Positions 48,490-60,354 of a stretch of 64,000 nucleotides of DNA are shown piece after piece. A program made the translations under genes and the position numbers. Numbering within the stretch: the first letter of the stretch is position 1; each line of letters opens with the position of its first letter. The stretch is from Isurus oxyrinchus (Eukaryota). The notes under the pieces are model-generated. The model ran no database searches and was not told where the DNA came from. It saw nothing but the letters and a program-made list of their open reading frames with translations. The DNA lies in contig JANJGN010000038.1 of NCBI GenBank assembly GCA_026770705.1, positions 5,580,001 to 5,644,000 on the forward strand, written 5' to 3'.

Positions 48490-48860
48490 GCGCCTCACGC
48501 ATGCGCCCTTCTGAGTGTGGTGGGGCATGCGCATTGCCGTCTGCTTCATGAGCATGCGCAGCGCTGGTCTGTGACTCAAGCTGCTCAGAGAGCGAGAGAA
48601 TGTCGAATGGAGTAAACTAACAGAGTTAGTGTGTGTGTGAGGAGGAATGGAGCCAGCGGAGTGGGCAGGGAGGCTTCATAAAGACACAGTGCAGGCCGCA
48701 GACCCCAAATAACAAGGTACCGGTCTTTTGTTTGCAGAGAAATGGCCAAAAAATCTGCCTTTCTCCCTTCGCCAAGCCCTGGGTAACGGCCGCCATCTTT
48801 ATCAGGGGCAATGTGCAGCAGGGCGCAAGCGCGGTCATCGTGGTCCAGGTAGCAGGAGGA
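48490..48860 (+). promoter_or_regulatory. CpG-containing promoter and first exon of ZNF gene A
   Basis: Three GCATGCGC (NRF1-type) motifs at about 48499-48560; CCGCCATCTT (YY1) at about 48790; donor-like CAG|gtagca at about 48848; downstream acceptors at 48922, 49028 and 51637. Confidence 0.65.
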
Positions 48861-49507
48861 GAGAATGTTGTGAATTTCTATCCGGGACTGACAGGGATGG
48901 ATTTTGGAAACTCCTTTTACAGGGGTTAGAAGGGGAGGATTTACACACAGCAAACTCAAAACAAAAGTTCTTCCTTTCTGAATTTCAATCCTGGATTGAC
49001 TGATGGATTTTTTGAATTCCATTTACAGGATGTTAGAAGAGGAGGGGAAACTCAAGGGATACTTGAGGGAGATGAAAAACTAAAAGCAAACATCATGTCA
49101 AAATTTGAAAGTCACTGGATTCACCAGTACCTGAATAACACCAGCCTTCACATGTAAGCATTGAGTTCCAGGTCTTTTTCAGTTACTGGGTTAAAAAATC
49201 TCTGCCTCACATTGTGGATCTTACCTAAAATCCTAAATCTCTGTCCCTTAATCCTTTTGTAATCAGCTAATGGGAACAGCTTTTATTTAACTACCTTTCA
49301 TAATCCTGTACACCTCTGTCAAATCTCCCCTCAAGCTCCTTTACTCCAAGGAGAACAACCTCGGTTTCTCAAACCTAATCTTATAATTAAAACACCTCAT
49401 CGAACCATTCTGGTCAATCTCCTCTGCCCCCTCTCAAGGACCCTCACATCCTTCACAATATGTGGTGATCACTGGTTTGCACAGACCCAGATGTTCTGTG
49501 TTTGTGT

Positions 49508-49610
49508 CTGTGACATCTTCACACATCGACAATTACACTGTGACATCATCACACATCAACAATTACACTGTGACATCATCACATATTGACAATTACACAA
49601 TGACATCATC
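49508..49610. repeat. 30-bp tandem repeat (about 3.4 copies) containing TGACATCA
   Basis: CTGTGACATCATCACACATCAACAATTACA. Confidence 0.9.
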
Positions 49611-50354
49611 CTCAACTGAGAGATTTTTCTCTAACTCCAGCGTTTCTGATATCTTTCCAGCTGCAGGATCCAGCAGGAGAATTTAAATTTGAAAATGGTG
49701 AAGTTGTTTCAGAGGTGAGTATTTTTCACCATCCATCTACAATTTAGAGCTTTTAGTGCTGTGCTCTGTATTCTGGAGAGGTTCCATAACTCTGGGGCTG
49801 GTGTGGCTCCTTTACTGTGGATCTGAATCCATGTCCATCCATTGATCTGTTTCACCTCTGCCCTCCCTGATCACCTCACTGCCATTGTCTAACATCCTCT
49901 GTCTCTAATAATGGATGTATTTGAGTTAAGTTTTGTATTTTATTGTTACTTCTGCCAACTGTGTCTAAATGATGTTTCCACTGCTGCCCATCTCCTGACC
50001 ATGAGCTGCTGCCTTACCAGCTTTATCTTCCCACAGTATCTTTCACAGTCAGGAATTGTTTGTCCTGCACTATAGTCCATTTCTCTTCCACTTCTGAAGT
50101 TATATTGATCATCAAATTCTGCAGCATTTTACTCCCTGTAATTCATTCTGCACACCCTGAAATATTAACTCTGCTTCCCTCTCCACAGATACCAGCGCCT
50201 ATTGTGACCCTTAGTTACCTGTGGAGAAGATGATGTTTGACCTTCTTGAACCGCTGCAGTCCGTGTGGTGAAGGTGCTCCCACAACGCTGTTAAGTAAGG
50301 AGTTACAGGTTATTCACCAGGCGATGATGAAGGAACAGTGATATTTGTCCAAAT

Positions 50355-50990
50355 CAACAACAGCAATTTGTATTTATATCACACTTTTAATGTAAGACCA
50401 TGTTCCAAGGCATTTCATGGAAACATTACAAAGCAAGGTTTGACACATGAGGAAATATTAGGGCAGGTGACCAATCGTTTGGTCAAAGAAGTGGGTTTTA
50501 TGGAGTATCTTAAAGGAGGAAAATGAGGTAGAGAATGGGAGAGGTTTAGGGAGTGAATTCCAGAGCTTGGAGCTTTGGAAACTGACAGAATGGGCACTAA
50601 TGTGGAACAATAGAAATCAGGAACACTCAGTAGGCCAAATTAGAGGAGCGCAGATATCTCCGAGGGCTGTGATGCTGGAGGAGATTCCAGCAACAGGGAG
50701 CAGCCATACAGGAATTTGAAAATCAGGGGTGGAGTCAGACGATGTTACTGAGATGGAAATAGGTGGTCTTGGAGATGATGTGGATATGTGGTTGGAAGCT
50801 AATCTTGGGGTGAAATATTTCACCATGACTGTGAACAGTCTGGTTCAGTCTCAGATAGTTGTCAGGGAGAGGGATGGAGTCGGTGGCTATGGAGTGGAGT
50901 TTGTAGCGGGGATTGAAGACAATGGCTTCAATCTTCCCAATATTGAAATAGAGGAAATTTCTGTTCATCCAGTACTGGATGTCAGACAAG
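50355..50990 (-). mobile_element. L2-type LINE 3' fragment
   Basis: SDIQYWMNRNFLYFNIGKIEAIVF on minus; (TTG)n-type tail. Confidence 0.75.
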
Positions 50991-51708
50991 TCAGGACGGT
51001 GTGTGACTTGGAGGTGATGGTGTTCACATACACCTGCTACCCTGGTCCTTCTTGGGGGTAGAGTTTGAAGGTTTGGGAGATTCTGTCAAAGTTCTGGTTT
51101 ATTTGTAGGTCTATGAAAAGCCCTCTCCTCACCCCCTGCCTCTCCCACTCCTCTCTCTGACTTTCTCTCTCTCTCCTTTTCTCCTTCTGTCACGTAGAAT
51201 TCTCCAGCCCAGCAGGTTGTGGATGCTCCATCATTGAATATATTTCAGGCTGAGATGGGGAGATTTTTGGTCTCTCAGAGAGTCGAGGGATATGGGGAGT
51301 GGGCAGGGAAGTGGAGTTGGAAGTCCAAGAGAAGCCACAATCATATTGAATGATGGAGCAGGCTCAAAGGGCCATGTGGTCTCCTGCTGCCCCAACACTT
51401 GCTTTATTATTGACACCAGAGTCTTGTGTAGGCCCAGACTGCGTGGCAGGTTCCCTTCCCTGAAGGACATTAGTGAACCAGTTGGGTTTTTATGACAATC
51501 CAGCAGTTTTCATGGTCACTTTTTCCTCGTGCCAGCCCCACAAATTCCCAGATTCATTCAGCTCAATTTCACAATCTGCCTTTGTGTTTTTGTGGGTTCT
51601 CTCTCACTCCCTTTTTCTGTTTTAAATCAATTCACAGGGTGTTAGAAGGGGAGGATTTGCAGTCGGGAAACTGAAACCAAACATCACATCAGGATCTGAT
51701 GGAGCTGA

Positions 51709-53135
51709 AAACAAAGAAAACTGCGGATGCTGGAAATCCAAAACAAAAACAGAATTACCTGGAAAAACTCAGCAGGTCTGGCAGCATCGGCGGAGAAGAA
51801 AAGAGTTGACGTTTCGAGTCCTCATGACCCTTCGACAGAACTTGATTTCGAGTCCAAGAAAGAGTTGAAATATAAGCTGGTTTAAGGTGTGTGTGTGGGG
51901 GGGGGGAGGAGAGAGAGAGAGAGACAGAGGTGCTTGTGTAGACAAACAAGCAGTGATAGAAGCAGATCATCAAAAGATGTCAGCGACAATGGTACAAAAG
52001 AACACATAGGTGTTAAAGTTAAAGTTGGTGATATTATCTAAACGAATGTGCTAATTAAGAATAGATGGTCGGGCACTCAAGGTACAGCTCTAGTGGGGGT
52101 GGGGGGAGCATAAAAGATTTTAAAATATTTAAAAATAATGGAGATAGGTGGGAAAAGAAAAATCTATAAAATTTATAGGGAAAAAAAAGGGGAAAAAAGG
52201 GGGAAACAGAAAGGGGGTGGGGATGGGGGAGGGAGCTCACGACCTAAAGTTATTGAATTCAATATTCAGACCGGAAGGCTGTAAGGTGCCTAGTCGGAAG
52301 ATGAGGTGTTGTTCCTCCAGTTTGCGTTGGGCTTCACTGGAACAATGCAGTAAGCCAAGGACAGACATGTGGGCAAGAGAGCAGGGTGGAGTGTTAAAAT
52401 GGCAAGCGACAGGGAGGTTTGGGTCATTCTTGCGGACAGACCGCAGGTGTTCTGCAAAGCAGTCGCCCAGTTTACGTTTGGTCTCTCCAATGTAGAGGAG
52501 ACCACATTGGGAGCAACGAATGCAGTAGACTAAGTTGGGGGAAATGCAAGTGAAATGCTGCTTCACTTGAAAGGAATGTTTGGGCCCTTGGACGGTGAGG
52601 AGAGAGGAAGTGAAGGGGCAGGTGTTACATCTTTTGCGTGGGCATGGGGTGGTGCCATAGGAGGGGGTTGAGGAGTAGGGGGTGATGGAGGAGTGGACCA
52701 GGGTGTCCCGGAGGGAGCGATCCCTACGGAATGCCGATAAGGGGGGTGAAGGGAAGATGTGTTTGGTGGTGGCATCATGCTGGAGTTGGCGGAAATGGCG
52801 GAGGATGATCCTTTGAATGCGGAGGCTGGTGGGGTGATAAGTGAGGACTAGGGGGACCCTATCATGTTTCTGGGAGGGAGGAGAAGGCGTGAGGGCGGAT
52901 GCGCGGGAGATGGGCCGGACACGGTTGAGGGCCGTGTCAACGACCGTGGGTGGAAAACCTCGGTTAAGGAAGAAGGAGGACATGTCAGAGGAACCGTTTT
53001 TGAAAGTAGCATCATCGGAACAGATGCGACGAAGGCGAAGGAACTGGGAGAATGGGATGGAGTCCTTACAGGAAGCGGGGTGTGAGGAGCTGTAGTCGAG
53101 GTCGCTGTGGGAGTCGGTGGGTTTGTAGTGGATAT
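51709..53135 (-). mobile_element. Young 5'-truncated Penelope-like element (RT thumb plus GIY-YIG, open frame) inserted into the ZNF A coding exon
   Basis: About 300 uninterrupted codons with NLVYCIRCSQCGLLYIGETKRKL...EQHLIFRLGTLQPSGLN; TSD TGATGGAGCTGA at 51697-51708 and 53136-53147; CpGs largely intact. Confidence 0.95.
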
Positions 53136-53185
53136 TGATGGAGCTGACCAATTTATCGTAACCTGAATATCTTTGGATTTTGAAC

Positions 53186-53970
53186 ATGGAAGAAAAAAGC
53201 AGCGTTCACAGTGGGGAGAAACCGCACACGTGTTGTGTGTGTGGACGAGGCTTCAGCCAATCATCTAACCTGTCAAAACATAAATGCAGAGATAACAGGG
53301 AGAAACTGTGGAAATGTGGGAACCATGGTAAGTGATTCAATTAACCGTCTGAACTGGAAACTCCTCGGCACAGTCACACCTGAGACAGACCATTCACCTG
53401 CTCCATGTGTGGGAAAAGGTTCACTTGTTCATCCCATCTGCTGACACACCAGCGGGTTCACACTGGGGAGAAACCATTTACCTGCTCCGTGTGTGGGAAG
53501 GGATTCACTCAGCCATTCAACTTGCTGAAACATGTGCGACTTCACACTGTGGTGAGACCGATCACCTGCTCCACGTGTGGGAAAGGATTCACTCAGACAT
53601 CTGACCTGCTGACACACCAGCGAACTCACACTGGGGAGAGACCATTCAAATGCTCAGACTGTGGGAAGTGCTATAAAAGCTCCGGGGAACTGGTGTCCCA
53701 TCGCGTGTTCACACTGACGAGAGACCGTTCAGGTGCTCTCACTGCGGGACTGGGTTCAGATGGTCATCTCAACTCACAGTACACCAGCGGGTTCACAGCG
53801 GAGAGAGACTGTTCACCTGCCCCGCGTGTGGGAAGGGATTCACTCAGTTACACAACCTGTTGACACACCAGCGAGTTCACACTGGAGAGAGACCGTTCAC
53901 CTACTCCGAGTGTGAGAAGGGATTCACTCAGTTATCCCACCTGCTGAGACACCTGCAAATTCACAAGTGA
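53186..53970 (+). pseudogene. C2H2 zinc-finger gene A (about 9 fingers) with in-frame stops and a frameshift
   Basis: [23 protein letters not shown]... with HTGE(K/R)PF linkers; stops near 53333-53385, frameshift near 53700; AATAAA at 54084. Confidence 0.9.
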
Positions 53971-54124
53971 CAACAGTGATTGCATTTTGCTGTTAATTGC
54001 ATCCTGGACTGAACCATGTTGATTGGGATCTGTTTCTACTAATGTTAATAAACTCCAACCCAGTTATAGCTGTTAATATTCTGAATAAAGTCAAATAAAT
54101 CAGCTCTGTGTTAAACATACAAAT

Positions 54125-55262
54125 TAGTTCCTTTTGAAGGTCTCTCCCTCTCCCCTGTCTGCTCCACCCTCACCTCCAACAACAAGTGTGAGGAGCTCAT
54201 GAAGCTTCTTTGTCACTAAGATTGAGACAATCTGATCAGCTGCCTCTGCTGCTTCCCTCCCTTCCACTAGCCCACCTGGACAAACTATCTCTAAAGATCC
54301 CCCTTGTCCGAGCCCTGAACCCACATCTTTCTTTAGTTTCGCTCCCATCTCCTCTCATGCCCTCTCAGTGCTCATCTTGTCCATGAGACCCACCTCCTGC
54401 TCCATTGACCCTATCCCCACTAAACTGCTGGTCACCCAACTTGCCCATTTTCACTGAGATTGTTAATGATTCTTTCTCTTCAGTTACTGTCCCTCTCTCC
54501 CTCAAATCTGACATCATCAAGCCCTCGTCAATAAACAAACCTTTGGCCTTGTCCTTGCAAACTGCTGTCCCATCTCCTACCTTCCTTTCCTCTCCAAACT
54601 CCTCAAACATAGTCACACCTCCCAAATCCATGCCCATGTTTCCCAGAACTCCCTGTTTGAATCCCTCCAATCAGGTTTCTGCCCTTGCCACTGGACTGAA
54701 ACAGCTCTGATCAAAGCGCCAATGACATCCTATGTGACAGTGACAAAGGGAAACTATCCCTTCTCAACCTGTCTGCAGCCTTTGACAGGGTTGACCACAC
54801 CATTCTGCTCCAACACCTCTCCACTGTCATCCAGCTGGGTGGGGCTGCTCTCTACTGGTTCCATTCTTCTCTATCGAATCATAGCTAGAGAATTACTTGT
54901 AATGTCTTCCCTTCCCACTCCCACAGTTACCTCTGATGTCCCCACAGGATCCAGCCTTGGCTTGCTCATCAACATTCTCCCCACAACGACATCATCTGAA
55001 AACACAGTGTCAGTTATCACGTGTACACTGTCAGTGCCCAGCTCTACCTCACCACCACCTCTCTCCACCTCTCCACTTTTATTAAATTATCAGACTGTTT
55101 GTCTGTTATTCAATGGCGGATGTGCAGAAATTTCCTCCAATTCAATATTGGGAAGACCGAAGCCATTGTTTTCATTCCCTAGATACCAACTCCATTCCTC
55201 CCACTGGCAACTGTCTGAGACTAAACCAGACTTTTTGCACAAGTGATGTCAGGTTTGACCCT
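54125..55262 (+). mobile_element. L2-type LINE RT fragment
   Basis: QSGFCPCHWTETALIK, LSAAFDRVDH and LQFNIGKTEAIV remnants. Confidence 0.78.
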
Positions 55263-55264
55263 GA

Positions 55265-55470
55265 CATATGTTCTGACTCTGGTGTATGTGTTCTGGTGAG
55301 TTTCCAGTCAAATTATGATGTGAATCTTCCCCACAGGCAGAACAGACAAACATTTCTCCTTCCATAATCAAAGGCTGGTCAGTTATGAATTCAGTGATTC
55401 TATAACATCTTGTCGAGATTTTTGGTTTGAGTTTCCCCATCTGAAATGCTCTCCCTCTAATCCCCTGTAA
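55265..55470 (-). pseudogene. Truncated start of a ZNF coding exon (gene C)
   Basis: Acceptor tttacag|GGGATTAGAGGGAG and MEGEMFVCSACGE, paralogous to 59680-59830; cut off by the L2 fragment. Confidence 0.65.
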
Positions 55471-55883
55471 ACAGAGTTGACAAAAGTCATCACTGTCAGT
55501 ACAGGATAGAAATTCAAAACTGACAATTCTAGTTTCTTTGGAACATTCTTTCTCCTTTCATTCCCCCAAATCTATAAATCCCTGTCCCACACACTCCTCC
55601 CCCTCTCTGCTCATTGTTCCAGATTCAGTGTCCGGCCTCCTACTAATTCTTTTCTCCTCTCCAGATTCTCTCTCTTCCTGTCCTTAAAGTGGTGACTCAG
55701 GCTGTGGGTCAATCCCATTCCTTCACTCAAATTCTACCAAATAATTCAATTCAAAACAACAAATTGTCTTTAATTACTTGATTCGTCATATAGATATTTG
55801 GAAAGAATCAGCTTTTTCCCAACTGTGGAGAACAGAAGGTGCAGTGATTAATTCAGAGCTTCCTTCTCCCCAGGTCTGTTCCA

Positions 55884-56105
55884 ACAAGCTGTGTCTATAC
55901 GAGTTACATTAATACAGACTCACTCACTCAGTGAGTGATCAGGTCTCACTGAACTATGACACAAGCTGTGTCTATCTGAGTTACATTGATACAAACTCAC
56001 TCACTCAGTAAGTGATCAGGTCTCAATGAACTATGACACAAGATGTGTCTATGTGAGTTACATTGATACAGACTCAATAAGTGATCAGTTCTGACTGAAT
56101 TACAT
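55884..56105. repeat. 77-bp tandem repeat (about 2.9 copies)
   Basis: ACAAGCTGTGTCTAT..GAGTTACATT.ATACA.ACTCACTCACTCAGT.AGTGATCAGGTCTCA.TGAACTATGAC at 55884, 55961 and 56038. Confidence 0.9.
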
Positions 56106-57078
56106 CAACAAATGCAACAACTTACATTTATATTGAGCTTCTCATTGTCCCGAGAAGTTTCGCAGGGGCATAAGGACATATTAGGTCAGATGACCAAATG
56201 CTTGGTCAAGGAGGTCTGTTATAAGGAGTGTCTGAAAGGGGGAGAGTGAATTAGAAAGGTGGAGAGTTTTAGGGAGGAAATTCCAGAGCTGAGGGCCCAA
56301 GCAGCTGAAGGCCCGGCCGCCAATGGTGGAGTGATTAAAATCAGGGGTGAAGGTAATGGTGCTCCATGTATGTAAGCCCCATAGCCCAGGCTCATGGCCC
56401 AATTCTGAACTTTGGGACATAGTTTGACTGTCCTGGGTCTCAGAAAAACAATTCCCCAAATAAACATCTTGTAGAATTTTGGTTTATTGATACCATAAAA
56501 AGTTTGGACCAGTTGAGTCCTCCTGTGTACTCGATGGGGATTGACTTTAACATAATTAAAATTCTCTGTATTTCAGTGTCAGAACAAGAACATGTTTTAG
56601 CAAAGCTAAAAAGTATATAAATACTGAAAAACTGAACAGAACAAACCTGGGGAAATACACAGCAGGTCAATCACCATTAGAAAGTAATTAGTTAATAGTC
56701 ACTGTTTCAGGTGGGACTCCTTCAGAATGAACACTTCCCACCACCAGCACCAACCCCCCTCCCCCATCCCCCTCCCTGTGAACTGAACATTCCTCCACCC
56801 ACTCATCCACCCATTGCACATCCACCCAATGGCTCCCAGCCTGGATTGACATTCAGCATGAACGCAGTAAGAGGCCCACGGGATGTCAGAATGGACAAGA
56901 GCTGGAAGTGTTCCCAATCAATACATTTTCTGTGTCCTTGTTAAAAACAGGAAACTTAATATTTTGTCAAAGCCCCATGTGCGCACCCTTGGTGAGTTAC
57001 AATTTCTCACCCAGTCCTTTCCTCTGGTTTCAACATGGTGCATCCTGTGTGGGTTCAGCAGAGGTAGAGACAGGCTGC

Positions 57079-57660
57079 TCAGGAGATGGGGACAGAGTGT
57101 CAGGAGATGGGGCATAGTGTCGGGAGATGGGGGCAGAGTGTCGGGAGATGGGGGCAGAGTGTCGGGAGATGGGGGCAGAGTGTCGGGAGATGGGGGCAGA
57201 GTGTCGGGAGATGGGGGCAGAGTGTCGGGAGATGGGGGCAGAGTGTCGGGAGATGGGCAGAGTGTATCGGGAGATGGGGGCAGTGTGTCGGGAGATGGGG
57301 ACAGAGTGTCGGGAGATGGGGACAGAGTGTCGGGAGATGGGGGCAGAGTTGTCAGGAGATGGGGACTGTGTCGGAAGATGGGTGCAGGGTGTCATAAGAC
57401 CATAAGACATAGGAGCAGAAATTAGGCCAGTCGGCCCGTTGAGTCTGCCCCGCCGTTCAATTATGGCTTATAAGTTTCTCAATCCTATTTTGCCGCCTTC
57501 TGTTCGTAACCTTTGATCCCTTTACCAATCAAGAACCTATCTAACTCGATCTTAAATACACTCAATGTGCTGGCCTCCACCGCCTTCTGTGGCAATGAAT
57601 TCCATATCAGGAGATGGGGCAGAGTGTCGGAAGATGGGGCAGAGTGTCGGGAGGTGGGAC
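57079..57660. repeat. G-rich 21-bp minisatellite (CGGGAGATGGGGGCAGAGTGT) interrupted by a CR1 3' end at 57392-57605
   Basis: About 15 units before and 2-3 units after the insertion. Confidence 0.92.
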
Positions 57661-57835
57661 ATATACTGGACATGTTTCTCGTCTTCATAATTCACAACAC
57701 TATTCCTGATGTCCATGAGCTGCCTCACTTTCTTTCCCATTAATTCCATTTGCTGATCTATCAGTAATGGACTTGCTGCCATCTCGAACAAAACTGTTTT
57801 CACCACTAAGGCTCCGCTGGTATTTAATAGTCTTC

Positions 57836-57893
57836 ATGACATCATCACACTGGGACTGGATGACATCATCACACTGGGACTGGATGACATCAT
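57836..57893. repeat. 24-bp tandem repeat containing TGACATCA
   Basis: ATGACATCATCACACTGGGACTGG, about 2.4 copies. Confidence 0.85.
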
Positions 57894-58599
57894 AAGAGTC
57901 CATTGTTTCTTAATGACCCATATCAATAACAAGAGGAAATATTAATAAACCTGAGCACATTATCTAGGCTGACACTCCAGGGTGACATTGAGGGACTGCT
58001 GCACTGTCAGAGACAGCATCCTTCACATGGAACTTGTGGAGGCTCTGGTCACAATCTTCCAATCCTCCTTATACAGTAGTGGTGTCAAAGGACTGACAGA
58101 TTGTAAATGTTACACCCCTGTTCAAAAACACAGCAATTCCAGGACAATCAGCTTCACATCAGTGGTGGGGAAAGGCTGGAGACAATAATCTGGGAGAAAA
58201 TCAATTGGCACTTGGAAAAGTATCAGTTATTTCCAGCATTTTCTGTTTTTAATACTGATACTTCCCTGGATCCTAAGGCTCTCTGGGAGGTGTGGGGAGT
58301 TGGGACTTATCCATGAGAGTAACCAAAGGTCTGAGAACTGAAAGAATCAAGGGTTAGAAAGGACAAAAGATCCAAAAATGGAGCAGTTGGGAACAGGACA
58401 TCAACCAGTCTCCTCTTATCCTGGAGAAATCAAGGACTCGACATTCTGAGAGTTTGAAACAAAGCTGATTTATTTAACAGACATCAAGATATTAAACTTC
58501 AGCCCAGTTACAGGGATTAGTAACATCAATAGAAACAAACCACAACTGTCAGAATGAACATGGTTCAGTTCTGGATGTGATTAACAGCAGCAATAACAG

Positions 58600-59823
58600 C
58601 AGAATCCAACCCCTGCAGACACTTGTGAACTCGCTGGTGTCTGAGCAGGTGGGATGAGCAAGTGAATCCCTTCCTCCATTCGGAGAAGGTGAACAGCCTC
58701 TCCTCAGTGTGAACTCGCTGGTGTCTCAACAGGTTGGATAAATGAGTGAATCCCTTTCCACATTCAGAGCAGGTGGACAGTCTCTCTCCAATGTGAATTC
58801 ACTGGTGTACACTGAGGTGGAATTAAGGCTGAATCACTTTTCCACAGGAAGTGCAACTGAACAGCCTCTCCTTGTGTGAATTCGTTGGTGTTTCAGCAGG
58901 CTGGATAACTGAGTGAATCCCTTCCCACACTCGGAGCAGGTGAACGGTCTCTCCCCAGTGTGAACTCGCTGGTGTCCCAGTAGGATTGATAACTGAGTGA
59001 ATCCCTTCCCACACTCGGAGCAGGTGAACAGTCTCTCCCCAGTGTGAACACGCTGCTGTGCCAGTAGGATTGATGACTGAGTGAATCCCTTCCCACACTC
59101 GGAGCAGGTGAACGGTATCTCCCCAGTGTGAACTCGCTGGTGTTTCAGTAGGCTTGATGACTGAGTGAATCCCTTCCCATACTCGGAGCAGGTGAATGGT
59201 CTCTCTCCAGTGTGAACTCGCTGGTGCATCAGCAGGTTGGATGACTGAGTGAATCCTTTCCCACACTCGGAGCAGGTGAACGGTCTCTCTCCAGTGTGAA
59301 CTCGCTGGTGTGTTCGCAGGCTGGATAAATGATTGAATCCCTTCCCACACTGAGAATACGTGAACGGCCTTTCCCCAGTGTGACTGCGTCGATGGATTTC
59401 CAGTCTGGATGGATAATTGAATCCTTTCCCACAGTCCTCAAATTTCCATGGTTTCTCCATGGTCCAGCTGTCCCTGTGTCTCTCCAAGTTTGATGATCAG
59501 TTGAAGCCTCATCCACACTGAGAACACGTGTACAGTTTCTCCCTGCTGTGAATGGTGTGATGTTATTTCAGGCTTTATAACTGGTTAAAGCTCTTTCTAC
59601 AGTCAGTTCACTAGAACACTCTCACTCGGGTGTGTGTGTCTCGGTACTTTTGCAGTCACACTGATGTTTGAAATCTTTTCCCACAGACAGAGCAGACAAA
59701 CATTTCTCCTTCCACATTCAAAATTGATGATATTCAGGTCCTGATGAATCGAGTGACTCCGTCAGATCTTGATGTGATGTTTGGTTTGAGTTTCCTGCCT
59801 GAAAATCCTCCCCTTCTAATTCT
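58600..59823 (-). pseudogene. C2H2 zinc-finger gene B, probable pseudogene (residual ORF MEKPWK... 59460-58834)
   Basis: Tandem [18 protein letters not shown] fingers, several lacking a Cys or His ligand; stops in the 5' fingers; frameshift near 58870; acceptor ctccttttacag ending at 59824. Confidence 0.88.
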
Positions 59824-60354
59824 CTGTAAAAGGAGTTTACAAGAGCCATCACTGTAAGAACAGGATAGAAATTCAGAACAGACAATTCTAGTTTCTATGG
59901 AACAGTTTTTCCTCTCTTGTTCCCTGAAAGCTGCAAATCCCTGTTCCACACACTCTCCCTCCTCCCTGTGCTGAAATCCAAACAGAGTTTTGGACAGTTC
60001 TTTCTGTATCTTTTTAACAAATTTCGACAATTGGAGGTGATAATATGTCTGATCATTCACTTCAGTGATTACTCGTAACAAAACATTAATCTGAAACCTG
60101 CTGTCCGACCAGGCAGAATAGCAGATGTTAACCTTGTGTCCAAAACTTACTGTGTGGAGATTTAATGAGTGATCGTGTAGGTGGTTTCTTCAAACCTCCC
60201 AGGGTTTCCTTCCTTCTCTCCCTCTCTAACTGAGTTAAACCTGGGATCAGTCTCATGACCCATTCTGGTTCCTGCTTCCCTTCCTGATGACTAATTAACT
60301 CCAATGAAACACTGAGAAGACTGAAAGACACAGTTTTCCGTCCCTGCTCCAATC

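Noticed and set aside
56883-57425. Repeat-peptide ORFs (RVSGDGG, MGAECRE)
   Set aside because: Translations of the 21-bp minisatellite, open in several frames.
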